From Gammaproteobacteria bacterium (GTDB taxonomy: Bacteria; Pseudomonadota; Gammaproteobacteria; SZUA-229): DNA of 64,000 bases. The stretch covers positions 4,930 to 68,929 of the forward strand of contig JADGFA010000020.1 in assembly GCA_016744065.1 (NCBI GenBank), in the 5' to 3' direction. Within the stretch, counting starts at the first letter, position 1, and every line of letters begins with the position of its first letter. A program made the position numbers and the translations under genes. Below the pieces are notes generated by a model. It saw only the letters and a program-made list of their open reading frames with translations. It made no database searches and had not been told where the DNA came from. Shown one piece after another: positions 43,120 through 52,857 of the stretch.

Positions 43120-43615
43120 TAAAATAATAGCTTCAAAGATAATTCGAGAATTTAATGCACCAAGACAGCTTGTTTTTGATGCCTGGACTCAAACAAAGCA
43201 CCTTAAAAACTGGATGTTCCCAATGGTGGGTTGTAAGTGCGAATTTGTATCTGCGAATATCATTGATGGTGGTACTTCATTGCATAAAGTTACTATGCCA
43301 AACGGACATGAGATGTGGCTTTACACTAAATATGAAGAAGTATTATCACCTGAAAAACTTGTTTTTTTACAATATTTTTCCAATGAAAATGGGGATATTG
43401 TTTCCATGGATCATATTCCTAATTGGCCAAAGGATATGCTTGCTAGCTTATTCTTTGAAGAGGTTTCTAGCAATAAAACTAAACTAACTTTTCTCTGGGA
43501 GCCACGAAACCCCACTGAAGAAGAACTTAAAGCGTTTGAAGCCACGCGATCTGATCATGGAAATGGTTGGGGAGCAGGTATGGAACAACTTCATTGTTAT
43601 CTGGAATCTTTATAA
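43109..43615 (+). CDS. SRPBCC-superfamily protein (Aha1/AHSA1-like)
   Basis: Overlaps the ArsR stop. N-terminal ...IIREFNAPRQLVFDAWTQTKHLKNWMFP... is typical of ArsR-associated Aha1-domain proteins. Confidence 0.7.
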   Translation: MSTDKIIASKIIREFNAPRQLVFDAWTQTKHLKNWMFPMVGCKCEFVSANIIDGGTSLHKVTMPNGHEMWLYTKYEEVLSPEKLVFLQYFSNENGDIVSMDHIPNWPKDMLASLFFEEVSSNKTKLTFLWEPRNPTEEELKAFEATRSDHGNGWGAGMEQLHCYLESL

Positions 43616-43662
43616 AATTAAATTGAATAACAACATTACAAAAGCAGAGTTAAACCAAAAAT

Positions 43663-44172
43663 ATGAAAAAAATATTCATAATAATTAGTGTCTTAATATG
43701 TATCAGTATCATTTACCTGGTAATAGAAGGAAGAAATATGCAAACAATAAAAACTGAAATAGAAATTTCAGCATCGCCATCTAAAGTCTGGGGCATCATA
43801 ACAGACATTAACAAATGGCATGAATGGAGTCCTACCATAAATTATTCTCAGGGTTATGCTTCAACTGGGTCAACGCTAAGTATAACAATGGCAGGAAAAG
43901 ATGAAGGTACGGATGGTCCAAAATATAATCCAGAAATTATAAAATTAGATGAACCTAATTACTTTCATTGGCGCGCTCATATGATGTCGAGCTTTATTTT
44001 CACCAATGATAAGATAATTGAACTGAAAGAAACTAGCACGGGTACGAAAGTAATTCATACAGAAACATTTAAAGGGATACTCGCACCGTTATTTAGTGGT
44101 CAAATGAAAAAAGGGGTACCGCCTATGTTAAATTCTATGAATAAAGCACTAAAAAAACTAGCTGAACAATAG
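43663..44172 (+). CDS. SRPBCC/polyketide-cyclase-like protein with N-terminal hydrophobic segment
   Basis: ...MQTIKTEIEISASPSKVWGIITDINKWHEWSP... (Bet v1-like start). An upstream TM-like leader may mean the true start is at 43738. Confidence 0.55.
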   Translation: MKKIFIIISVLICISIIYLVIEGRNMQTIKTEIEISASPSKVWGIITDINKWHEWSPTINYSQGYASTGSTLSITMAGKDEGTDGPKYNPEIIKLDEPNYFHWRAHMMSSFIFTNDKIIELKETSTGTKVIHTETFKGILAPLFSGQMKKGVPPMLNSMNKALKKLAEQ

Positions 44173-44183
44173 ACCATACGTAT

Positions 44184-44606
44184 TTAAATTTTATTGTTTT
44201 TAAGGCGTTTTAAAAGTTCACGAATAAGCCTATCTTTATCTTTGTTATATTGCTGAATAAAAGATTTTGGCGTGGCTGTGTCTTGATCGTATTTTGCACC
44301 CCATGCAATCATTTCAATTAACATTGGCATAAGATCGAGCCCTTTCGATGTAAGGCTATATATTTTTCTAGAATTATTCTCCTCATCAATTGTTTTTGAA
44401 ATGAGGCCTGCATTTTCTAATTTTTCTAAACGATCAGCTAAAATATTAGTCGATATTTTTTCATCTGAAAGTAGAAACTCACCATAGTACTTTTTATTCT
44501 TGAACATCAGATCTCGTATGATCAGTAGACTCCACTTGTCACCAAATGTTTCCTGAGCAAAGTTAATTGGGCAGTGGGATCGGTATTTTTTAGATTTAGT
44601 TTTCAT
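44184..44606 (-). CDS. HxlR-family transcriptional regulator
   Basis: ...CPINFAQETFGDKWSLLIIRDLMFKNKKYYGEF...ISTNILADRLEKLENAGLISK... matches the HxlR/DUF24 winged helix. Confidence 0.75.
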   Translation of the reverse strand: MKTKSKKYRSHCPINFAQETFGDKWSLLIIRDLMFKNKKYYGEFLLSDEKISTNILADRLEKLENAGLISKTIDEENNSRKIYSLTSKGLDLMPMLIEMIAWGAKYDQDTATPKSFIQQYNKDKDRLIRELLKRLKNNKI

Positions 44607-44707
44607 TACACCATACTAACACTTGCAAAAGGCAAGTAGAAGGCCTAGTATTATTCTACTTTCATTATGCAAGTGCCTGTAGATAATTAATTAAAGAGGA
44701 AAAACAA

Positions 44708-45019
44708 ATGCTAAATTTTATGCTTGCCTATCACGGTGGAAAAATGCCTGAAAGCCCTGAGGAAGGTGCTGAACATATGGTTAAATGGGAAGCCTGGGCA
44801 GAAGGTCTGGGTGAGTCACTGGTTAACCGGGGCACACCACTAGGTCAGTCTAAAAGTGTTAATACAAGCGGTATTACAGAAGGTGCTGGTGTTGATCCCA
44901 TGATTGGTTATTCAATCTTAAACGCTGATAATTTAGAAACTGCAGTGAAAATGTTCGAATCAAGTCCACATGTTAATTACGGTGGCACGATGGTCGTTTC
45001 TGAAATGATGGAAATGTAA
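44708..45019 (+). CDS. Small protein, possibly YciI-like dimeric alpha/beta-barrel
   Basis: Divergent from HxlR. 103 aa. C-terminal ...ADNLETAVKMFESSPHVNYGGTMVVSEM... pattern. Weak call. Confidence 0.3.
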   Translation: MLNFMLAYHGGKMPESPEEGAEHMVKWEAWAEGLGESLVNRGTPLGQSKSVNTSGITEGAGVDPMIGYSILNADNLETAVKMFESSPHVNYGGTMVVSEMMEM

Positions 45020-45024
45020 ATTAG

Positions 45025-45438
45025 ATGAATATCAAAAAAGTTATTCTTGCTACAGTTTCGTATATCGGGATAACGATGTTGATTGCATATCCCTGGCATA
45101 TGATCTGGTTTCATGACTTATATTCTGGGATGGGTGCTTATACAAGACCTGAACCTGATATTGTATTAGGCATGCTTTCCATGTTGTTTCAGGGGGTTAT
45201 TATTGCTTACCTCTATCCTGTTTATTACCGAGATGGACATCCCGTTATACAGGGGATTAAGTTTAGTCTGATCATGGGCGCAATTGTATATTCAGTGATG
45301 GGGTTCGCGATGGCAGCAAAAATAGATATCAATCCAATATCTACCTACTTACTTTATAACTTGATGTTTCAAAGCATTCAGTTTGTTTTAACGGGTAGCA
45401 TACTTGGATTAATTTACGGCCGTATTAAACAGATATAA
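45025..45438 (+). CDS. Small integral membrane protein (4 TM)
   Basis: 137 aa. Hydrophobic segments throughout. Begins 6 nt after the upstream gene. Confidence 0.4.
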   Translation: MNIKKVILATVSYIGITMLIAYPWHMIWFHDLYSGMGAYTRPEPDIVLGMLSMLFQGVIIAYLYPVYYRDGHPVIQGIKFSLIMGAIVYSVMGFAMAAKIDINPISTYLLYNLMFQSIQFVLTGSILGLIYGRIKQI

Positions 45439-45469
45439 AGTATTTAGCTATTAAAAATTATCTTTAGCC

Positions 45470-45877
45470 TTAATGCAGAAAGAGCCATCCTGCTGGAATA
45501 AGCAGTGCTGCATACGTTGCAAGCATTCCAGTAATTCTTGGTAAAGGGTAATGGGGATTGATTAACATGCCAGCCACATGTAACACTCTGCCTACGACAA
45601 AAGAAATTCCTAGTGACCAAATTAAAGTAGGGGACGCACCACTGGCTTCAATTAAGGCAAGCATAATAAGACACATAGGTGCATATTCAGTAAAATTACT
45701 GAAACTACCAATACGTCGTTTTAAATTCTCGTTGTTTCCATCATGAATTGGGTATTTAGCGACATCACCTTCAGCCTTTCCTAAATTAATCCGCCCCATA
45801 GAAACCATTAGTGATAATCCGAACATGAGGAATGCAAGTGTTGCTGCAATCATTGAAGTAATAGGTAAATAATTCAT
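45470..45877 (-). CDS. MAPEG-family membrane protein
   Basis: 135 aa, 4 TM. ...RRIGSFSNFTEYAPMCLIMLALIE...VGRVLHVAG... is consistent with MAPEG (microsomal GST-like). Confidence 0.55.
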   Translation of the reverse strand: MNYLPITSMIAATLAFLMFGLSLMVSMGRINLGKAEGDVAKYPIHDGNNENLKRRIGSFSNFTEYAPMCLIMLALIEASGASPTLIWSLGISFVVGRVLHVAGMLINPHYPLPRITGMLATYAALLIPAGWLFLH

Positions 45878-45880
45878 AAT

Positions 45881-46354
45881 TTAGTCCTGTTTGTTTGATA
45901 ACTTGATAAGAAAGTTATCGAGGCGTCGTAAAGCGCCATTCCATCCCTGGGTGTGTCGTTCGACTACCTGTAACATTGAAAGGTTCTCATGTGTAATGAT
46001 GAGCCTGGTATATTCCCCATGATCTAAAAAATCAGCCGTAACTAGAGAATTAATACCCGCATGTATATCTGGCTTTTCCCAAACCCAGGTGAAGCAAATT
46101 TGCTTATGACGTTCGATATGTACGTATTCACCTGCTAGAAATAAAGTTCCAACCTCAGGTACAGTAAATTCTATTCTGTACTGTCCACCAATTTTAAATT
46201 CATGTATCAATATATTCGTATTAATTTCATTAGATGGTGCGACCCATTGTTCAAATGCTGCTTTGTGAGAAAATGCATCGAATACCTTTTTGACAGGGTG
46301 CTTGTATATCCTTTCTATAACGATAGGTTCTATTTTGTTGTTAATCGCGCTCAT
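45881..46354 (-). CDS. SRPBCC-superfamily protein (Aha1-like)
   Basis: 157 aa. ...IVIERIYKHPVKKVFDAFSHKAAFEQWVAP.... Downstream of an ArsR gene and co-oriented with it. Confidence 0.65.
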   Translation of the reverse strand: MSAINNKIEPIVIERIYKHPVKKVFDAFSHKAAFEQWVAPSNEINTNILIHEFKIGGQYRIEFTVPEVGTLFLAGEYVHIERHKQICFTWVWEKPDIHAGINSLVTADFLDHGEYTRLIITHENLSMLQVVERHTQGWNGALRRLDNFLIKLSNKQD

Positions 46355-46359
46355 TTGGA

Positions 46360-46731
46360 TTATTTCTCATCAGAATCTAAAAATTGCCCCAGTCTATCCA
46401 GGCTATTTTCCCAATAAACAAGGTGACGATTGATCCAGCCATCTGCTTCTTTTAATCCATTTACACCTAAAGCAAAAACATGATGTCGGCCTTCGATATG
46501 TCGAGTAACTAATCCTGCATTTTCAAGAACCTTCAAGTGCCTGGAAACAGTGGGTTGAGAAAAGCTAAATAATTTAACGAGTTCTCCCGCTGTGCAGCGT
46601 TGTTTCTGACTAATCATCGCCAAAATTTTACGCCGAGACTCATCCCCTAAAGCGTGAAATGTCTTATCTAGTGAATTAGTATTTTGTATAGCCATATGGC
46701 TATATATTAGATAATATAGTATAGATGTCAA
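46360..46731 (-). CDS. ArsR/SmtB-family transcriptional regulator
   Basis: ...GELVKLFSFSQPTVSRHLKVLENAGLVTRHIEGRHHVF.... Confidence 0.8.
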   Translation of the reverse strand: MTSILYYLIYSHMAIQNTNSLDKTFHALGDESRRKILAMISQKQRCTAGELVKLFSFSQPTVSRHLKVLENAGLVTRHIEGRHHVFALGVNGLKEADGWINRHLVYWENSLDRLGQFLDSDEK

Positions 46732-47286
46732 GGAAATAAATCTGTATCTTAATTACACTCGTGAATGAATTCTCATTCGAAGTACTATTGGCAGGTTGAT
46801 CAACAGCGATTCTGGCGACGATATATGGAACATATCGTATTTTATTTTTTGTCATTTTCCTTAAAATTAAGTTATCTATATGGATTAGGGTTCACCACAG
46901 TAAGTACTAAAGTATCAGCATACACGGAACAGTAACGAATATACGAGCTTTCACGTAATCAATAACTCAACCTCACTATGGATCTATGGCTCTTTAATAG
47001 GTGAAGATGCATTAATTGAATTTAAGTGTCATCAATTGTCCGCGCCTAAACATATTGGCGAATATGTATGAGAATAAGTTTTGATCAAAAAAGATTTGCC
47101 TTTTAATTATGATAATGCGTAAAGATTATATATTTATTTTGAAGAGTTTTCTGGTAAAGTTACCAGTATCTTAATAATCTGGGGTTGGTCTGGGCAACAG
47201 TTGCCAGTAATTTGGAAGTCGTAGAAGTAAGATTGGAATAAAATAAGAATAGTTAAAAATAAAATATTTATAAAAGGAGACGACTA

Positions 47287-47787
47287 ATGAGTGAAACTAT
47301 ATTTTACCGTTGGATAAAGAATGGATCATATGATCTTATGAAGGCACTAGAGCATAATACACTAACGTATACGGAATATGATAAAACTAAAAAAGCTCCA
47401 AGGGTTAGTAATAAAGCCAGATGGATTTTTATTAAAGGAGGCAGTTATTTTGGAAGTAAAAACATTATGAAAGATCGTTTGCTGGTGGTTTTTACTCTCT
47501 CAATTGATTCTTCTCAAATTATAACAAACAGTAAAAATCACGTTAATTTTGAAGATGATTTTGTAGGGGAGGCTAAGCACCTAAACAAAATAATAGTTAA
47601 AAATAATGAGCCAGGTGCTTATGGTGTTGGGTGTTCAATATGTCCTCATCTTAATATAATATCAACCAGAGTAGCCACAAAAAAAGAGTATGCTAGGGTT
47701 ATAGGTTGCAATACTATAGAAATAAAAAATGGATTTGATAAAATTAAAAAGTTTAATATTGAAACTAAATTAATTGTTTCAGTTTAA
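47287..47787 (+). CDS. Orphan hypothetical protein (166 aa) in an AT-rich, gene-poor stretch
   Basis: Good RBS (AAAGGAG). Lys/Asn-rich. No recognisable motif. Flanked by >500 bp of non-coding AT-rich DNA on both sides. Confidence 0.35.
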   Translation: MSETIFYRWIKNGSYDLMKALEHNTLTYTEYDKTKKAPRVSNKARWIFIKGGSYFGSKNIMKDRLLVVFTLSIDSSQIITNSKNHVNFEDDFVGEAKHLNKIIVKNNEPGAYGVGCSICPHLNIISTRVATKKEYARVIGCNTIEIKNGFDKIKKFNIETKLIVSV

Positions 47788-48407
47788 AAAAGCTAGTCTT
47801 AAAGTTGCGGCTATCTAATGAAAGCCAGCAATGCCAGAGACATGTGTACAACCATTTAATCTATATAGTTAATAATAAGACTTCACGCAGTAGATAAAGG
47901 CTTAAGTTTTATCTTAAAATACGGATTGATATTAGATAATATCCTCTCTATCTCCGATTCAGAGGTTGATCTCATTTTTTACTAAGTCAATGTCATCATT
48001 TTGGTACTTGATTATTCATATTCTAATTTCTTTATTCAATTAACCTGAGCTTGTAGGATGTTAAGGGAAATATAACCCAATCAATTGAAGATCCACGTAT
48101 TAGAGAGCTTGATTGGGAGCACCTACGACATTCTGATGACAATGAGTAATAATCAGGCTTATAAGTAATCTGGAAACGAGAAATTAAGAGTGTTAATGAG
48201 CGCCTAATGCAAAGGTAGTTTCTATCAAAAACATCTCTGGTTAATAGCTTTAGTGGTTGTTGTGTCATTTTAGTATTTATTGTGGAATTCTTTAGCTTCT
48301 TTACTCTAACCCCAAATAACTGTCACCAACAGTACTTTAGTATGAGGCCGCTTTGTTGGGCTTAAAGTACAGTTGCATTAAATTTAAACTAAAAAAGGAT
48401 TAATTTA

Positions 48408-50258
48408 ATGCAATATTCAATTTCTAACTTAAAAAATACCTCAATAGCTGCATTATGCAGTACCTTAATAGCATGTGGTGGCAGTGGAAATGGTGTCCAA
48501 ACAGGTGTTTTTTTGGATAGTGCTGTTGAAGGATTGCATTATGAAACAACGAGCCAGTCAGGCTTAACGAATGATGCGGGTGAGTTTACATATAAAGAAG
48601 GCGAAACAGTCACTTTTTCGGTAGGTGGTATTACGTTAGGAAGCGTATCAGGCTCTGCTCAGGTGACGCCATTTGATTTGTTTCAACTAGCAGTACCAAC
48701 AACAGAAGCCGAAGTACTTGCAATATTAAGAAGTGTTTCAGAAGTAAATGACTATGACAGAGTAATAAATATAGCAGTATTTCTAACGTCATTAGATCAG
48801 GATGGTAATCCTGAAAATGGGATTGATTTGACGGGTTGGGAAGCGGCTTTAAGTAATGCCTCTCTAAGTTTTGATCACAATAAAAACAGTTTTTCTTTTA
48901 AAGAGTTTAACCCGTTTGTTAAACAGTTTGGTATTAAACAGCAAAAATCATTAGCAACGGCATTAACGCATGTTATTGGCTCTTTAAATATTAACATTCC
49001 TGTTAGTTTAGTTACTAAAATAGAAGTCGATACAGGAAATGATGGTTCGATTAATGAAGTGACCAACCAACACTATGATACCAATGGTCGCTCAACAAAC
49101 AGACAGTTTGATTCAGATAACGATGGTAATTTTGAGCAGATAAGTAATATTACGTTTAATGCCCAGGGATTGGTGACACAAATTGAGGGTTTATTTGATT
49201 TTGATGGCTTTGGTGGTCAGGACATCACTAATTCTAATACCAGTAATAACACGTATGATGTGAATGGAAATCAAACAGGGTCTGTTCAAAATACAGATTT
49301 TGATGGTGATGGTGATATAGATGAGCGTATAACCACAACGTTTAACTATGATGACAAGGATAATAATATTCGAAAAACAACTCTTAGGGCGACAGTTAAC
49401 CCTGTTTTAGGTGATGTGTTAGAGAGTTCAGAGGTTGAAACACGAACCTTTGATAATGCTGGAAGAGAGTTAACCTTTAGATTAGAGATAGATAGCCCTG
49501 TTGATGATGTGGTGGATACTATCTTGACGACAACTAAAGCCTTTAATACGGGTGGTGAATTAACCAGTATGACGAGAAATCGAGATAATGACGCTGACGG
49601 TACACCAGAAACAACAGAAGTAACAACATTGACTTATGATACCAATGGAAATAAGTTAACAGAACTAAGAGAGCTTGATAATACCACGAGTAATGATGGG
49701 CCTGATGATATTACATCACGTGTTTTTACTTATAATGCTAATAACCAAATATTAACTGAAGCACTTGAATTAACCAGTCTTGATGTTGATATAACAAGAC
49801 CTTATCGAAAAAGAGTTAAAACATTTTTTTATAATTCTAAAAATCAACAAGTACGTATTTTTGAAGAGGTTGATTCTGATAATGATGGCACTGTCGATAG
49901 AACTTTTTTAGATGAATTCGAATATAATGATTTTGGGCTTGTTAGCAAAAAAAACAGAACAACAGATGGCAGCCCTTTGATCGATGGTTTTAGCTCTAAA
50001 AGTAGCAACACTCGAACGTTTGATAGTGATGGAAATCAGCTAACAAATGCCTTTGAAAAAGACAGTAATGGCGATGGTGATATAGACCTCACATCAATGC
50101 AAACATTCGTTTTTGTGGATGGACGTCAGCAAAGCAGTCTGTTTGAAGAAGATACGAATAATGATGGGATTTCAGAAACAAGTATTAAAACGACATTTAG
50201 TTATACGGTTTTTTCAGGTGGGCTGTTAGGATTAATATTGCAAAATATTCTTTTATAA
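48408..50258 (+). CDS. Lipoprotein with ~10 tandem DxDxDG calcium-binding-type repeats
   Basis: Lipobox LIACGG. Recurring ~45-aa units, each with an EF-hand/thrombospondin-like loop: DSDNDGNFEQISNITF, DFDGDGDIDERITTTF, DNDADGTPETTEVTTLTY, DSDNDGTVDRTFLDEFEY, DSNGDGDIDLTSMQTFVF, DTNNDGISETSIKTTFSY. Confidence 0.6.
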   Translation: MQYSISNLKNTSIAALCSTLIACGGSGNGVQTGVFLDSAVEGLHYETTSQSGLTNDAGEFTYKEGETVTFSVGGITLGSVSGSAQVTPFDLFQLAVPTTEAEVLAILRSVSEVNDYDRVINIAVFLTSLDQDGNPENGIDLTGWEAALSNASLSFDHNKNSFSFKEFNPFVKQFGIKQQKSLATALTHVIGSLNINIPVSLVTKIEVDTGNDGSINEVTNQHYDTNGRSTNRQFDSDNDGNFEQISNITFNAQGLVTQIEGLFDFDGFGGQDITNSNTSNNTYDVNGNQTGSVQNTDFDGDGDIDERITTTFNYDDKDNNIRKTTLRATVNPVLGDVLESSEVETRTFDNAGRELTFRLEIDSPVDDVVDTILTTTKAFNTGGELTSMTRNRDNDADGTPETTEVTTLTYDTNGNKLTELRELDNTTSNDGPDDITSRVFTYNANNQILTEALELTSLDVDITRPYRKRVKTFFYNSKNQQVRIFEEVDSDNDGTVDRTFLDEFEYNDFGLVSKKNRTTDGSPLIDGFSSKSSNTRTFDSDGNQLTNAFEKDSNGDGDIDLTSMQTFVFVDGRQQSSLFEEDTNNDGISETSIKTTFSYTVFSGGLLGLILQNILL

Positions 50259-50318
50259 AAGAAGAGGGTGGGTATGAGATCTTACTTATACCTATCCCAT
50301 CGAATGGAAAATAGATAA

Positions 50319-52055
50319 ATGGCAGATCTTTCAAATCAACAAAAAGTCCATGAGGCTCAAATTGCTTTATTACTAAAGCAGTTCCGAGTGACGGGTTTAT
50401 CCAATGTTTTTATATTAAGCATTGCTGCTGCCGTTATCTGGTCAATGACTCAGAGCCTTTTTGTATTGCCCTGGCTTATAGTGGGTTATGGTTTGGTCGC
50501 ATTAAGGCCTTTAGTCTTAGGGCTACAAAATAAAGCTCAAAATAAGCAATTAACAGGGTCTCAATTAGAGCATACGGTTACATTGTTATTAGTCATGTCC
50601 GCATTGCATTGGGGTGTCATTGTTTGGGAGTATTATGATGTCAATAATATTGAGCTTTTTCTGTTTATATCAGCTATCTATTTAGGGCTGGTATCTGGTT
50701 CGATGCCCAGTTTATCTGTACGCTTTCCAGTATGGATGATTTATGCCATAAGTATGTTTTTAACACTCGTTATTAAAATGCTTTATTTAAGTAGCTGGTC
50801 TATGGCAATGATGCTGTCTATTTACTGTACCGCTTTTATTTATTTTGGACGTAATTTATCTAAAAAAATAGAGCATTCAATTACTCTTGATTTAAAAAAT
50901 ACAGAGCTATTAAAAGAGGTTAATCTAGCAAAAGAGCATGCCGAAAAAGCAAATTTAGCAAAGTCAAAATTTATGGCTTCAGCAAGTCATGATTTGCGCC
51001 AGCCTTTGCACGTGCAAAGCATGTTGCTCGAAGTGTTAAGCTTACGTTTAGAAGATAAAAAGCTAGATCAGGATGAATTAAAAAATCTAGTGAATAAAAT
51101 AACTCAATCTAATAGTGCATTAAATAAACTGTTTAATGCACTATTAGAAATTTCTCAGTTAGATGCGGGTACTTTAAAAGTCAATTTAAGTCATCAAAAT
51201 TTAAATGAATTAAGTGCTAATTTATTTGAAGAGTATCGAATTTTGGCGCAACAAAAGGGCTTGTTATTTAAAGTGGAGGTGGAAGACTGTACCGTCATTA
51301 GTGACCCTATTTTGCTACAGCGAATTCTGAGCAACCTACTAAGTAATGCATTAAAATTTACAGAAAAAGGATGCATATCCATCAGTGTTAAAAACAGGCT
51401 GGATGATGTTGAAATTATTATAGCAGATACGGGTATTGGTATAGATGCTACCCAGTTTGAAAGAATATTTGAGGAATATGAACAAGTTGGTAACCAGGCA
51501 AGAGACAGGAATAAAGGCATTGGCCTGGGTTTGGCCCTGGTGTCTCGCTTGTGTGAGTTATTAAATCATAAGGTTGACGTCACCTCAAAATTGTTAAAAG
51601 GTTCTGAGTTTAAAGTAACGTTGGCACGTGGTGATGAGCCTAAAGTGATTAGCGTTGATACTGATATTAACTATAATCAAATAGATAACACTCAAATACT
51701 CCTCATCGATGATGAGCAAGACATTGTTAATGCAATGTCGCTGATATTGACAAATTGGGGAGCTAGAGTACAAGGTGTATCCTCAATAGAGGAGGCTTTG
51801 TGTTTGATTGAAAGCAGTCAGTATGAACCTGATTTAATTATTTCTGATTATCGCTTAAAGAGCAAAGAAACAGGGCTTGAAGGATTGTCTTTAATTAATA
51901 ATAGAATAGGAAAAACTATTCCTTCATTACTGATTTCAGGTGATACAGACCCTGAGTTATTAGAAAAAATTAATAAACAAAATTTATATATATTGCATAA
52001 GCCAGTAAAAGCACAGTTGTTAAAAAAAGTAATTAATATATTGTTAAAGCAATAG
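50319..52055 (+). CDS. Hybrid sensor histidine kinase (membrane sensor + HisKA + HATPase_c + REC)
   Basis: ~6 N-terminal TM helices. H-box ASASHDLRQPLH. N/G boxes (LSNALKFT, DTGIGI, GIGLGLALV). C-terminal receiver (LLIDDEQDIV...ISDYRL...HKP). Confidence 0.8.
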   Translation: MADLSNQQKVHEAQIALLLKQFRVTGLSNVFILSIAAAVIWSMTQSLFVLPWLIVGYGLVALRPLVLGLQNKAQNKQLTGSQLEHTVTLLLVMSALHWGVIVWEYYDVNNIELFLFISAIYLGLVSGSMPSLSVRFPVWMIYAISMFLTLVIKMLYLSSWSMAMMLSIYCTAFIYFGRNLSKKIEHSITLDLKNTELLKEVNLAKEHAEKANLAKSKFMASASHDLRQPLHVQSMLLEVLSLRLEDKKLDQDELKNLVNKITQSNSALNKLFNALLEISQLDAGTLKVNLSHQNLNELSANLFEEYRILAQQKGLLFKVEVEDCTVISDPILLQRILSNLLSNALKFTEKGCISISVKNRLDDVEIIIADTGIGIDATQFERIFEEYEQVGNQARDRNKGIGLGLALVSRLCELLNHKVDVTSKLLKGSEFKVTLARGDEPKVISVDTDINYNQIDNTQILLIDDEQDIVNAMSLILTNWGARVQGVSSIEEALCLIESSQYEPDLIISDYRLKSKETGLEGLSLINNRIGKTIPSLLISGDTDPELLEKINKQNLYILHKPVKAQLLKKVINILLKQ

Positions 52056-52086
52056 GCTTATAGTTATTAATGTTGATGAGTAAATA

Positions 52087-52728
52087 ATGAAAAATATTTT
52101 AGTAATAGATGATCATCCAGTTTTTGTTGATGGCATTACATCATTTATCAGAAATGTATTGCCAAACTCAAATATAGTTACTTGTGTAAATGGTGATGAA
52201 ACGTTAAAGCAGCTACATAGATCAATTGGTTTTGACTGGATTTTTTTAGATATCAATTTACCTGATGTTTCTGGACTTGAATTATTAAAACAGTTTTTAG
52301 AACTTAAAGTTTTAGCTAATGTTATTGTTGTCTCAAGTGATGAAAACCCTGAAACAATACATGCTGCGTTAGAACTTCATGCCAATGGTTTTATTTCTAA
52401 GCAATTTAATACGGATGTTTTTAAAAAATGTATGCAAACGATTGAGAGAGGGGGCGTCTATCTTGACAAACAACAGGCTCAGTCGTTAAAAAATTACAGA
52501 GAAGGGATCTTTATCGAAAAAAAATACATCCAGGAGAACATCAGTGAGCGGCAGCAAGAAGCTTTGCTCATGATTTCTAAGGGATTAAGCAACCAGGAGA
52601 TTGCTGCACTGATGAATATTTCGGAAAGTACAGTAAAAACACATATCTCATTATTAATGAATTTATTTGAGGCTGATAATCGCTCTCATTGTGTTGCAGA
52701 AGCAAAACGACTTGGTTTTACTCTTTAG
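52087..52728 (+). CDS. Response regulator, LuxR/FixJ family
   Basis: REC (ILVIDDHPVFVDGI...IFLDINLPDVSG). C-terminal LuxR HTH (ISERQQEALLMISKGLSNQEIAALMNISESTVKTHISLLMNLF). Confidence 0.8.
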   Translation: MKNILVIDDHPVFVDGITSFIRNVLPNSNIVTCVNGDETLKQLHRSIGFDWIFLDINLPDVSGLELLKQFLELKVLANVIVVSSDENPETIHAALELHANGFISKQFNTDVFKKCMQTIERGGVYLDKQQAQSLKNYREGIFIEKKYIQENISERQQEALLMISKGLSNQEIAALMNISESTVKTHISLLMNLFEADNRSHCVAEAKRLGFTL

Positions 52729-52857
52729 ACAGGCGAAACATATCTGGATAGTATTAATGTAATAAACACTATTCTACAGAGCATCAAGTCGCTATAGACG
52801 TCAAAAGTTTACTAAGGCTATATATAGATAGTTTCACTTTTTTTACGTCAAAAACGT

